Positions 28,647-37,300 of a stretch of 64,000 nucleotides of DNA are shown in pieces. The DNA comes from Candidatus Omnitrophota bacterium (GTDB lineage Bacteria; Omnitrophota; Gorgyraeia; Gygaellales; Profunditerraquicolaceae): the NCBI GenBank assembly GCA_016867115.1, contig VGKG01000001.1, positions 173,403 through 237,402 of the forward strand, in the 5' to 3' direction. A program made the translations under genes and the position numbers. Within the stretch, counting starts at the first letter, position 1, and every line of letters begins with the position of its first letter. The notes beneath the pieces were generated by a model. That model made no database searches, was not told where the DNA came from, and worked only from the letters and a program-made list of their open reading frames with translations.

Positions 28647-29231
28647 TTACCTCCATAAACCTCTTTTATTCTCCCGCGCCTCCTGATACAACTCCTGGAA
28701 AAATTGCGCGTATTTGACATTGGGCGGAATGGATAGAAGATTAGCGTATCCCTGTTTTACGATTTCGGCATTCACAAAGGTGCCGTCCTTAAGATACGCG
28801 TAGGCGAGCAGCCGGTTATAGCGATCGTATTTCTGCACGTCAAATTCAAGGCTCACCGGTTTACCCTCTACGAGGCTACGGGTAAACTCATAGGACTTCT
28901 GTCCTAGCTTCTGAATGGTACGCGCATCCTGGCCGGTACGCCCGGCATCACGGCGAAGCTTTTCCGACTCATGCAGTTCCGGGGTGTCGATCCCAATCAG
29001 GCGCACCCTTTCTCCGCTCTCAAGCAGAAGGGTATCTCCGTCCACCACCCGCTTCACCCGGATATCGGAGTAATTATAATCCCTGCCAAAAGGGAGAGCG
29101 GCCTTTCCTTCTCCGGGATGATAGATCTTCCCCTGCCCCTGGGAGAAAAGGACCCCCGCGCCCAGTAAAGATGCGGCAAGAAGGACGATATTCCTTATAA
29201 GCTTCTTCTTCGAGGGACCTCTTTTTTTCAA
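28647..29231 (-). CDS. Thermonuclease (SNase) family, membrane-anchored or exported
   Basis: RVVDGDT, VRLIGIDTPE, DRYNRLLAY, ARENKRGLW. Confidence 0.93.
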   Translation of the reverse strand: MKKRGPSKKKLIRNIVLLAASLLGAGVLFSQGQGKIYHPGEGKAALPFGRDYNYSDIRVKRVVDGDTLLLESGERVRLIGIDTPELHESEKLRRDAGRTGQDARTIQKLGQKSYEFTRSLVEGKPVSLEFDVQKYDRYNRLLAYAYLKDGTFVNAEIVKQGYANLLSIPPNVKYAQFFQELYQEARENKRGLWR

Positions 29232-29246
29232 GGACTTCCCCTGTTC

Positions 29247-29798
29247 TTAAAGCGCGCCGGCTACCAGGCTCGCCAGGACTATAATATCTTCTACACAGAA
29301 TATCCGGGTGATATTGGCGTCAAAATACATATTCGCATCCGGGCCGAACTCGCTATCCGCCTGCCAGATCTTCACCAGCACCGGTACCCCTTCAAACGCC
29401 TCCACGATCACGCTGGCATCAGCTCCGTGGTATTTTTTTAGAGGCAACTTATTCGGGTTATCCAGGACCCCTTTGGGATTCCTGCCGTATTTACGGATGA
29501 CCGGCTCGATCGCCCTCTTTCTAAAGGCCGGATAATAGCCTTCTATCCCCGAAAATTCGCGGAAAGTAAGCCAGTCGCCGCCCAGATCCGCAAGGCCCTT
29601 TAACTTCTTCTCCAGGTAATGCAGGATCAGTATCGCGGTAAAATCCTTTGCCCCTACATTACAGGATAAAGAGAGCAGTTTTCTGGAGGTCAGGTCTACG
29701 GAATATTCGTCACCCAGGAACCTTACCGTCAGGTTCATGCCGGGGTTAAGCTTTGCAAGCTCATCCCAGGCCTTGTTTATGGCGACCTCATAACCCAT
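29247..29798 (-). CDS. DUF3786-like protein
   Basis: ILILHYL, WLTFRE, Y..AF.KRA, IWQADSEFGP, EDI pattern. Confidence 0.7.
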   Translation of the reverse strand: MGYEVAINKAWDELAKLNPGMNLTVRFLGDEYSVDLTSRKLLSLSCNVGAKDFTAILILHYLEKKLKGLADLGGDWLTFREFSGIEGYYPAFRKRAIEPVIRKYGRNPKGVLDNPNKLPLKKYHGADASVIVEAFEGVPVLVKIWQADSEFGPDANMYFDANITRIFCVEDIIVLASLVAGAL

Positions 29799-29855
29799 GG
29801 AACCATTTTACTATTTTTATTAGATAAATCAACAGTTTTAGACTATAATAACCCT
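29799..29855. promoter_or_regulatory. Overlapping divergent promoters, both predicting leaderless mRNAs
   Basis: +: TAGATA-N17-TATAAT-N6-ATG; -: TTGATT-N16-TAAAAT-N6-ATG; no SD for either gene. Confidence 0.65.
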
Positions 29856-31736
29856 ATGCAATACGACCGTTTCCAGCAAGAATCCATCGACCATATCAAC
29901 CAGGGCCATTCGGTGATCGTCTCAGCGCCCACGGGAGCGGGCAAGACCGCGATCGCCGAGCACATCATTGAAAATTCAATCCAGAATAACATCGGCGTGA
30001 TCTACACCGCGCCCATCAAGGCCCTCTCCAACCAGAAGTTCCGCGATTTCCAGAAGCAGTACCGGGATAACATCGGCATCCTCACCGGGGACGTCTCGCT
30101 TAACCCCGACGCGCCGGTCCTGATCATGACTACGGAGATCTTCCGCAACAAGATCCTGGATGAGCCGGATAGCCTGAATAAATATTCCTGGGTTATTTTT
30201 GATGAGATCCACTACATTGATAATCCGGAGCGCGGCACAGTCTGGGAAGAATCCCTGATCTTTCTGCCTAAACACATGAAGATCCTGGGGCTCTCCGCCA
30301 CTATCCCCAATATCAAAGAGTTCGCCTCCTGGATCGAATCCATCCACGCTAAGTCCGTAAAGGTGGTCATCGAGGAAAAGCGTCCGGTGCCCTTGCACTT
30401 TTTCTTCCACTGCGGCAATGAAGTGGTGGATAAATTAGAGCAGTTAAAAAGATTGAAATATGCCCGGCCCAACCGCCTGAACTCCCTGATCAATTACCTG
30501 CGCGAGAAGAACGGGCTTCCGGCGATCTATTTTGTCTTCGGCCGCAGGCAGGCAGAGGAACTCGCCCTTGAGCTGATGAGCTATGACTTCCTCAGCAAAA
30601 AGGAAAAGCAGGAGATTATCGGGCTCTACAATGAACTCTGCGAGCGCTTTGACGTAAAGACCGACCGCACCGCCTCGGAGATGTACCCGCTCATCCAGCG
30701 CGGGATCGCCTATCATCACGCCGGGATGCTGCCCACCTTAAAAGAAGTGGTGGAGCGGCTCTTCACCAGCCGGCTCTTGAAAGTGATCTTCACCACCGAG
30801 ACCTTTGCCCTGGGGATAAACATGCCCAGCCGCTCGGTGATGTTCGACGGTCTAAGGAAATTCTACGGCCGCTATGTGCGCAACTTAAAGACGCGCGATT
30901 TCTACCAGATGGCCGGCCGCGCAGGCAGGCGCGGCATTGATCAGGAGGGTTTTGTATACTGCAGGGTGAACCTGAATAAGATCAGCCTGGATGAAGTAAA
31001 GCGCGTTATCTACGGCAAGCCGGAAGAAGTAAGGAGCCAGTTCAATACTTCTTATGCCACTCTCCTTAACCTTTATGAAAAATATAAGGAGGAGCTTTTT
31101 AAGGTCTATCCTCTCTCCCTGCACTATTTCCAGTCGCGTAAACAGGAGCAGAAAGAGGCCCTGCGCCTGCTTGAATCAAAACTGAAATTACTGAAAGAGT
31201 TCGGCTACGTCGCCGACGGCAGCCTTACGGAGAAAGGGAAGTTCGCCAAAACCGTCTACGGTTACGAGTTGATCCTGGCTGAGCTTTACGAGGAAAAGGT
31301 CCTGGAGCAGCTGGATGAGTTCGGATTGGGAGTAATCGCTTCTGCCTGCGTCTTTGAGCCGCGCAAGAACCAGCGCCTGCCCCTTGGCCTCTCCAAGAAT
31401 ACGCGCAAGATCAGGGGCGCCTGCGAAGAGATCTATGAAAGGATCAAAGATAAAGAACGCCGCTACCGCATCTACCCCTTCAGCAAAGCCCCGCAATTCC
31501 ATTTAAGCGTAGCTACGGAGGCGTGGCTGCGCGGGACCGCCTTTGATAAGGTCTTAAGATTTACCGATACCGACGAAGGGGAGGTCGTGCGCTACTTCAG
31601 GATGAGCGTGCAGATATTGCGCGAAATCCTCGACGCCAAAATAGCCTCGATTATCCTCAAAGATAAGATCCGGGAGACTATCCGCGTGATCAACCGCGAC
31701 GTAGTGGATGCGGAGAAACAGCTTCGGGAGGGCTAA
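29856..31736 (+). CDS. Ski2/HelY-like DEAD/DEAH RNA helicase
   Basis: APTGAGKT, PIKALSNQK, DEIH, LSAT, HHAG, TETFALGINMP, QMAGRAGRRG, DSHCT-like DEGEVVR. Confidence 0.92.
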   Translation: MQYDRFQQESIDHINQGHSVIVSAPTGAGKTAIAEHIIENSIQNNIGVIYTAPIKALSNQKFRDFQKQYRDNIGILTGDVSLNPDAPVLIMTTEIFRNKILDEPDSLNKYSWVIFDEIHYIDNPERGTVWEESLIFLPKHMKILGLSATIPNIKEFASWIESIHAKSVKVVIEEKRPVPLHFFFHCGNEVVDKLEQLKRLKYARPNRLNSLINYLREKNGLPAIYFVFGRRQAEELALELMSYDFLSKKEKQEIIGLYNELCERFDVKTDRTASEMYPLIQRGIAYHHAGMLPTLKEVVERLFTSRLLKVIFTTETFALGINMPSRSVMFDGLRKFYGRYVRNLKTRDFYQMAGRAGRRGIDQEGFVYCRVNLNKISLDEVKRVIYGKPEEVRSQFNTSYATLLNLYEKYKEELFKVYPLSLHYFQSRKQEQKEALRLLESKLKLLKEFGYVADGSLTEKGKFAKTVYGYELILAELYEEKVLEQLDEFGLGVIASACVFEPRKNQRLPLGLSKNTRKIRGACEEIYERIKDKERRYRIYPFSKAPQFHLSVATEAWLRGTAFDKVLRFTDTDEGEVVRYFRMSVQILREILDAKIASIILKDKIRETIRVINRDVVDAEKQLREG

Positions 31737-32683
31737 AAAGGCTCTTCTCCCCGCCTATATTTCAGATAATCCTCTATAATCCTTTTGTGGTCAAAGGCAA
31801 AGATAAACTTCTCTAACTCGTTTAATTTTACAAGCCTTAAACCCCGGGCATCAGAGCCGGCCTGAGGTTTGCCTTTGGCTTTAGCGATAAAGACTGTGCC
31901 GATAGTGTGGAAGCGCGGGTCGCGGTCAGGGGCGGAATAGGTGTGGAACTGCTTGATTTCGGTAAGTGTAAGCCCGGTCTCTTCCTTTGCTTCTCTTTTT
32001 ACCGCCTCTTCCAGGCTCTCGCCGTAATCCACGAATCCTCCGGGCAGGGCAAAACCAAAAGGAGGATTACTGCGTTCGATCACTATAATGCTGTCATCAA
32101 TCTCAATAATGGCATCCACGGTAGTAAAGGGGCCGCTCTGGATCTTCTGGAGCATATAATCCAGGTAACTGATCACCCCTTTATTGAAGACATCGAAGGC
32201 CTCCTGGTCAAAGAGGCAGAAGATGATCTCTTTGATACTGCTTGATTTATTCTCCCTTAAATGCCGGAAGGCCTCCTGGGCCATGATCTTGGCAGAGGCC
32301 AGGTACGGAAAACCGCCGGTGCCGCAGCCTAAGGCCGGAAAGGCAATGGAACTTACTTTCAGTTCCTCAGCTACCCTCAGGGCGCTTCTGCAGGAGTTTC
32401 TTACCTTTATTTCGTCGGTATTGAAATCCATGCCCATGGTCGCGGCATGAATCACGTATTTTGCCGCAAGGTTTCCAGCCTTAGTCCAGGCTGCCCCTCC
32501 GATTTCAACCGGACCTTTCTTTACTGCCTCATCTTCAATAACCTTGCCGCCCTTTCTTTTGATCGCACCGGCAACGCCCCCGCCCATGACCAGCTTATTG
32601 TTCGCGGCATTGACGATGGCGTCCACTCTCAGTCCGGTGATATCTGCCTGCAGGACTTTAATCTCGGTATCTTTTATCTTCAC
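31733..32683 (-). CDS. Macro domain::NUDIX hydrolase fusion
   Basis: DAIVNAAN, GGGVAGAI, AFPALGCG; Nudix box GFVDYGESLEEAVKREAKEETGL; RDPR, AFDH. Confidence 0.92.
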   Translation of the reverse strand: MKIKDTEIKVLQADITGLRVDAIVNAANNKLVMGGGVAGAIKRKGGKVIEDEAVKKGPVEIGGAAWTKAGNLAAKYVIHAATMGMDFNTDEIKVRNSCRSALRVAEELKVSSIAFPALGCGTGGFPYLASAKIMAQEAFRHLRENKSSSIKEIIFCLFDQEAFDVFNKGVISYLDYMLQKIQSGPFTTVDAIIEIDDSIIVIERSNPPFGFALPGGFVDYGESLEEAVKREAKEETGLTLTEIKQFHTYSAPDRDPRFHTIGTVFIAKAKGKPQAGSDARGLRLVKLNELEKFIFAFDHKRIIEDYLKYRRGEEPF

Positions 32684-32684
32684 G

Positions 32685-33101
32685 CTATTCTCCGATGATC
32701 TTGATCATTACCCGCTTCCTGCGCCGGCCGTCAAACTCACCGTAAAAGATCTGCTCCCACGGCCCGAAATCCAGTTTGCCGGCGGTAATTGCCACTACTA
32801 CTTCCCTGCCCATGATCGTGCGCTTAAGATGTGCGTCGCCGTTATCCTCGCCGCTTAAATTGTGCTTATATTTTTCTTTGCCGTAAGGAGCCAGTTTCTC
32901 AAGCCAAGCGGAAAAATCCTGAAGCAAGCCTTCTTCATCGTCATTGATAAATACGCTGGCGGTTATATGCATGGCATTAACCAGGCAGAGGCCTTCTTTA
33001 ATACCGCTCTTTTTCACCGTCTCTTCAACCTGCGGGGTGATGTTGATAAACTCCTGGCGGTTTTTGGTATTGAACCAAAGATATTGGGTGTGGGATTTCA
33101 T
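32685..33101 (-). CDS. yjbQ: YjbQ/UPF0047 family protein
   Basis: HITASV.IND, H...[15 protein letters not shown]...EFDGRR. Confidence 0.9.
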   Translation of the reverse strand: MKSHTQYLWFNTKNRQEFINITPQVEETVKKSGIKEGLCLVNAMHITASVFINDDEEGLLQDFSAWLEKLAPYGKEKYKHNLSGEDNGDAHLKRTIMGREVVVAITAGKLDFGPWEQIFYGEFDGRRRKRVMIKIIGE

Positions 33102-33132
33102 TACTTAAACTGCTCCTTTATTCTCTCAAGTA

Positions 33133-33645
33133 TCATCTCCAAAATGCTCGCAGAATTAATGCTATTATAAATATCACAACCGAACATATCATAAACCATA
33201 TGATATGAAATACCGCAAAGAACATAACGCCCTCTCCTGCGCTCCCAGTAGAGGAGCTTTTAATAGCAAAAAAATCATACATAAAACAGCCAATAGAATA
33301 TACAAAAATAAACCAAATACTGGCCAATAAAGAAAATAAGGCTTTCTTAAGAAGCGAAAAGTCCAAACATATTAAAATAATCGGAGAAATCACAAACGAT
33401 ATCCAGAAAGAACTACCGAAGAGAACCCCGCCAACCGAAGAAATGTCAACACACATTGCTAATAAAAAAATTGTTAAAAATGTAACCCATATTATTGAGA
33501 CATACTTTGCTATTCTATCAAATAGTAGCTTTATTTTATTGCTTCTCTTTAATTTCCAAGCCAAGTAACCACAAAAGCCAATATAAAGAATTGCTACGAT
33601 TATTTTTATGCTGAGTTCGATTATGATTTCAGGTGATGCGTTCAT
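33133..33645 (-). CDS. AT-rich orphan multi-pass membrane protein (~5 TM)
   Basis: 170-aa hydrophobic ORF; visibly AT-rich (17/60 GC in 33301-33360). Confidence 0.65.
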   Translation of the reverse strand: MNASPEIIIELSIKIIVAILYIGFCGYLAWKLKRSNKIKLLFDRIAKYVSIIWVTFLTIFLLAMCVDISSVGGVLFGSSFWISFVISPIILICLDFSLLKKALFSLLASIWFIFVYSIGCFMYDFFAIKSSSTGSAGEGVMFFAVFHIIWFMICSVVIFIIALILRAFWR

Positions 33646-33766
33646 CCTGCCCTTTCTTCACTCTCCGCTGCCTCCAGTACCAGTTACCGTATTTTTGATA
33701 GATAACCTATTAAATCCCTATTTTAGCCCCATCCTCCGCAGTATCCTAAACCTGAACTTAGGGAAT

Positions 33767-33946
33767 TTAGTGCATTGGGTTCTCATCGTATGTAAAAACC
33801 GAAGCGGTTATGTGCATCGCGTTGACCAGACATAGGCCTTCCTTGACGCCACTTTTCCTTAATGCCTCTTCGACCTGCGGGGTGATGTTGACAAACTCCT
33901 GGCGGTTCTTGGTGTTAAATGCCAGATATTCCGTGTGGGATTTCAT
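33767..33946 (-). pseudogene. yjbQ: 5' fragment of a second yjbQ (59 codons)
   Basis: [27 protein letters not shown]...HITASVF then diverges and stops; TATAAT 7 nt upstream of ATG. Confidence 0.85.
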
Positions 33947-33983
33947 AGATGTAATTATACCACGAAAAGGGCGGGGATAAAAT

Positions 33984-34020
33984 AAAAGCAGAGCGTATTC
34001 TCTAGAAAATCCGCTCTGCT
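33984..34020 (-). terminator. Intrinsic terminator after the ECF operon
   Basis: AGCAGAGCG...CGCTCTGCT followed by TTTATTTT on the minus strand. Confidence 0.75.
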
Positions 34021-34043
34021 CTGCTTCTGGACCGGCCTGCTCT

Positions 34044-34553
34044 TTAAGGAAGGTCGTCGGGTTCGGGCCCTTCTTCCGGCGGCATTGGCGATGCACCCGG
34101 CCCCGCCCCGGCCTTAAAACGCGGCCGCTCTCTCCATTTTTTCAGAAGCTCCTTAAACTTCTCCTGTTGGGCAGGAGTAAGGACAGCCATGATCTTCTCG
34201 TGGCTCTTCTCCTTGATCGCCTCCAGGTTCCCCTTGAATTGATCCCTGGCTGCAGCCACTTCTTCCCGGGTCTCCTCTAATATCGCCCTTACCTCTTTAG
34301 CCTGCTTGTCCCTGAGGCCCAGCTTCTCCGTTATCCGGTCAAAGAGTGCCTCTTTCAGGTGCTGGCGCATTTGATGGCCTTTCTTCCCGGCGAACTTCCC
34401 GCGTAAATACTCACCGGCGACATGGCGCCTTTCGCGTATCCCTTCGGCGACCTGCTTAAGCTGCGCTCTTTTGCCGATGGCAATGCCTGCGATTGCGCCT
34501 GCGGCAATACAGAGCAGGGCTAAAATCACCACATAGACTGCGTATTTCTTCAT
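34044..34553 (-). CDS. Spy/CpxP-like helical periplasmic protein
   Basis: N-terminal TM, helical body, [10 protein letters not shown] (LTxxQ); third gene of the ECF operon. Confidence 0.65.
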   Translation of the reverse strand: MKKYAVYVVILALLCIAAGAIAGIAIGKRAQLKQVAEGIRERRHVAGEYLRGKFAGKKGHQMRQHLKEALFDRITEKLGLRDKQAKEVRAILEETREEVAAARDQFKGNLEAIKEKSHEKIMAVLTPAQQEKFKELLKKWRERPRFKAGAGPGASPMPPEEGPEPDDLP

Positions 34554-34559
34554 CTTAAA

Positions 34560-35051
34560 TCACCTCCATTGATTTCCGTTAATCCCGAAAACTATCCTGG
34601 TTGCCGAATCCAGGGTCACGTTTGATTCCTCCAGGATGCTCAATTCGGCCCGGCTCAGATTATCCTGGAATAAATAATTGTCTACGATATCGACTTTGTC
34701 AAACTCCCCTAAGGTCGCAGACAGGAATGCCAGCGATACCGCGATCACCGCTACCGGCACCGGTATCAGCCTGCGCGAAAGATTGCCCATGTCCGGAAGC
34801 CACTGCCATTTTGGCGCAACCTCTTCTGCGGAATGCAATCTTTCTTTCAGGCGGCAGACCAGGTAATCTTCAGGCAGGGCTTTGCGCTCTTTCGCGGCAA
34901 GGGCATTCTTTACCGCGTTTAACCCGCTCAGTTCGCGGGCGCAGGAGACGCACCCTTCAAGATGCGCCTTTAATTCCCGGGAGGTCGCTTCATCCATCTC
35001 ACCGTCCAAGTAGCGGGATAAAAGTTTCTTTACCTTCTTGCAATTTAACAT
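34560..35051 (-). CDS. Zinc-binding anti-sigma factor (zf-HC2)
   Basis: C..LSRYLDGE...HLEGCVSC plus a TM helix. Confidence 0.88.
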   Translation of the reverse strand: MLNCKKVKKLLSRYLDGEMDEATSRELKAHLEGCVSCARELSGLNAVKNALAAKERKALPEDYLVCRLKERLHSAEEVAPKWQWLPDMGNLSRRLIPVPVAVIAVSLAFLSATLGEFDKVDIVDNYLFQDNLSRAELSILEESNVTLDSATRIVFGINGNQWR

Positions 35052-35052
35052 T

Positions 35053-35595
35053 TTACCTGCCTCCTGGATCGCTTAACTTTTCCCTTAAAAGCTGCCTGGC
35101 CCGGTAAATCCGGGACTCGACAGTCCCGATACTGCAGCCTAAGGCCCTGGCAATATCGGCATAGCCCAGGCCTTCGATATCCTTTAAGACTACGGCGCTG
35201 CGGTAATGAAAGGGAATACTATCCAGAGCCTTCTGGACCTCCTCTTTCTTCTCTCTGGCGGATAAAGAAAGCTCCGAACTTTCGTCGATTACTGCCTTGG
35301 CTTTAGAAACATCCTCATGCACGGTGGTATGTCTCCTCTTACGCAGGAAATCATAAGTAGTATTTACGCTGATGCGGTAGAGCCAGGTGGAAAACTGAGC
35401 TGAACCGCGGAAGCCCCCTAACCCATGGTAGGCCTTGATAAAAACCTCCTGGACGATATCCTCGCTGTCCCGGTCGTTTCCTACCAGGGAGTAGACGATG
35501 TTGAGCGTGCGGTTCTGGTATTTCTTCACCAGCATCTCGAATCCTTTTATGTCGCCTGCTAAAAACTGCCCGATCAGTTTATTGTCTTCGTTCAT
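35053..35595 (-). CDS. ECF sigma factor (RpoE/SigW-like)
   Basis: EDIVQEVF, FSTWLYRI, IARALGCSIGTVESRIYRAR. Confidence 0.95.
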   Translation of the reverse strand: MNEDNKLIGQFLAGDIKGFEMLVKKYQNRTLNIVYSLVGNDRDSEDIVQEVFIKAYHGLGGFRGSAQFSTWLYRISVNTTYDFLRKRRHTTVHEDVSKAKAVIDESSELSLSAREKKEEVQKALDSIPFHYRSAVVLKDIEGLGYADIARALGCSIGTVESRIYRARQLLREKLSDPGGR

Positions 35596-35612
35596 CTTCT
35601 TTTTCCACTAAT

Positions 35613-35640
35613 TAGACGTAAGGCCATACTGCTTTATTCC
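35613..35640 (-). promoter_or_regulatory. Candidate autoregulatory ECF promoter
   Basis: GGAATA-N16-CGTCTA directly upstream of the sigma gene. Confidence 0.6.
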
Positions 35641-35649
35641 AAAAAATTA

Positions 35650-35709
35650 AAGGGACACCCTTCCGATTGGCTCAAAGGGTGTCCCTTCTTTACTTCAAAG
35701 GATGTCCCT
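35650..35709. repeat. GGGACA...TGTCCC palindromic repeat (copy 3) plus an extra right arm
   Basis: aagggacaccctt-ccgattggctca-aagggtgtccctt, then ttcaaaggatgtccct. Confidence 0.75.
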
Positions 35710-35711
35710 AT

Positions 35712-36533
35712 TTATTCCGAGAAAGCAAGATAACCCATGAATACCAGGCCGACGAAGGGAATACCGATCAGCACGCCGACCCAGGCCGGTTTATTGCGCC
35801 TGAGAGAGATCCGGTACCACAGGTATATGCTTAAACCGAGGATCGCGAAATTAAAGATTACCCCGACAAGGGGGATGAACGATAAAAGGACCGCAGCCAC
35901 AAAGCCGGCGGCATACAGGTAATTCGCCTGCGCGATCTTACACATCAGGAAGATATTGGCTATCGGGATCCAGGCCATCCATGCCGGGCCGGTATTGGTC
36001 TTTACCGCGATCAGGTGCAGGCAGAGCGAGGAATAAAGGTAGATCAGGACCATGGCTATAAAGACAAAAGCCATGATCTTCATAAATACCTCAGGCGGCA
36101 TCGGAAAGGGCCTGCCCTCTTCCTGGCCGGGGATCCTGCCCAACGGTGTACGCTTCGCCCCAGTCTCCGGGCCGACGAGCGGGGTCCTTACCCCCTCTTC
36201 CTCTATCTCTATCTCTTCGAAGACCTGCGGCTCTTCCTTTCCGGGGCTGACCTGCGCCTCTTCAGGGACGAAATCTTCTTCTATGATAATATCCTCTTCG
36301 ATCACTTCCTCCGGCATAGGTGCGGGAGCCACCGGCTCGCCGTTTATTTGGGCCACCTCATCCATAAAATACGTTACCTCTGCACCGTAGACGTCGATCT
36401 TGACTGAATCCGCGGTCTTTTCCACGATCGTGCCTTCAACCGTCTCCCCTGATCTCAGGGTCAGCGTATCGGCCAGGGCCAGAGATGCCAGGATCAGAAA
36501 GAACGCAACCAGCAACCAGGCTTTTCTTCTCAT
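35712..36533 (-). CDS. Membrane protein: signal peptide, small beta domain, acidic linker, DUF5684-like C-terminal TMs
   Basis: ALADTLTLRSGETVEGTIV; E/P-rich linker; AWMAWIPIANIF. Confidence 0.7.
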   Translation of the reverse strand: MRRKAWLLVAFFLILASLALADTLTLRSGETVEGTIVEKTADSVKIDVYGAEVTYFMDEVAQINGEPVAPAPMPEEVIEEDIIIEEDFVPEEAQVSPGKEEPQVFEEIEIEEEGVRTPLVGPETGAKRTPLGRIPGQEEGRPFPMPPEVFMKIMAFVFIAMVLIYLYSSLCLHLIAVKTNTGPAWMAWIPIANIFLMCKIAQANYLYAAGFVAAVLLSFIPLVGVIFNFAILGLSIYLWYRISLRRNKPAWVGVLIGIPFVGLVFMGYLAFSE

Positions 36534-37300
36534 TAATCCTCCTCCTCTTTATTGCATTCGCTGCTAGAGATGACTCCCGAGTTACTTATGGTAAATACCT
36601 TTTCTCCGGTCACTCCGCACGAAGCAGGGCTGGCAGTGATCTTATAGCCGCCCTGGTCAAACTCTTCGCTGAAAGAATAACCTCTCGTGGTCCGGTCATT
36701 GTAAGCTTCCGGAAGATACCCCTGGGTGGTAAGATCGAGCTCGCTTTGGGGATACCTGCCTTCGTGCTTGCCCGCGTAACTTTCTGCAGCCGCAGCGATC
36801 TCCTTTAATATTGCCTGTGCAGACGCCTCATTGGCATTGAGCCTTGCCCTTAAGAGATTGGGAATGGCGATGGCAGCGAGTATGGCTATGAAAAGAATCG
36901 CAAAATAAAACATGGCTATGCCGATGACCGCGGCAATAATGCAGCCGGATCTGGGCTTACGGGTGATTACTCCCTGCCGGATCTTTTTGGCGGTGGCGTA
37001 GGCATCAAAGATGCCGATGATCCAGGGAATTATCAGCCAGCCGGTAAAAAATATGAGCAGCCCCTTGCCGGGCTGGCCGTTGTAGATCTGGCCGAGGCCT
37101 GCGATCACAAAACTTAAGATCGCAGCCAGAGACGGAGAGTGCTCCGCTTCCCTTGTTTCTCCTGTTCCGGTCTTGGCGGCTATACAATCCCGGCAATAAT
37201 TCTCGCCTGCCAGCTGCATCTGGCATTCCGGACAGATGCTCTTTCCGCAGCGGTTGCAGAGTGCGCCGGCAGCGCGGGCAGGATGATTTACGCATTTCAT
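36533..37300 (-). CDS. B-box Zn finger + TM2-like + pilin-like domain protein
   Basis: CVNH...CNRCGKSICPEC...YCRDC; GLGQIYNGQ; ILAAIAIPNLLRARLNANEASA. Confidence 0.75.
   Translation of the reverse strand: MKCVNHPARAAGALCNRCGKSICPECQMQLAGENYCRDCIAAKTGTGETREAEHSPSLAAILSFVIAGLGQIYNGQPGKGLLIFFTGWLIIPWIIGIFDAYATAKKIRQGVITRKPRSGCIIAAVIGIAMFYFAILFIAILAAIAIPNLLRARLNANEASAQAILKEIAAAAESYAGKHEGRYPQSELDLTTQGYLPEAYNDRTTRGYSFSEEFDQGGYKITASPASCGVTGEKVFTISNSGVISSSECNKEEED

Noticed and set aside
28647-32683. Nuclease + helicase + macro/NUDIX as an anti-phage defence island
   Set aside because: Different strands and promoters, host-like composition, and an exported nuclease; no evidence they form one unit
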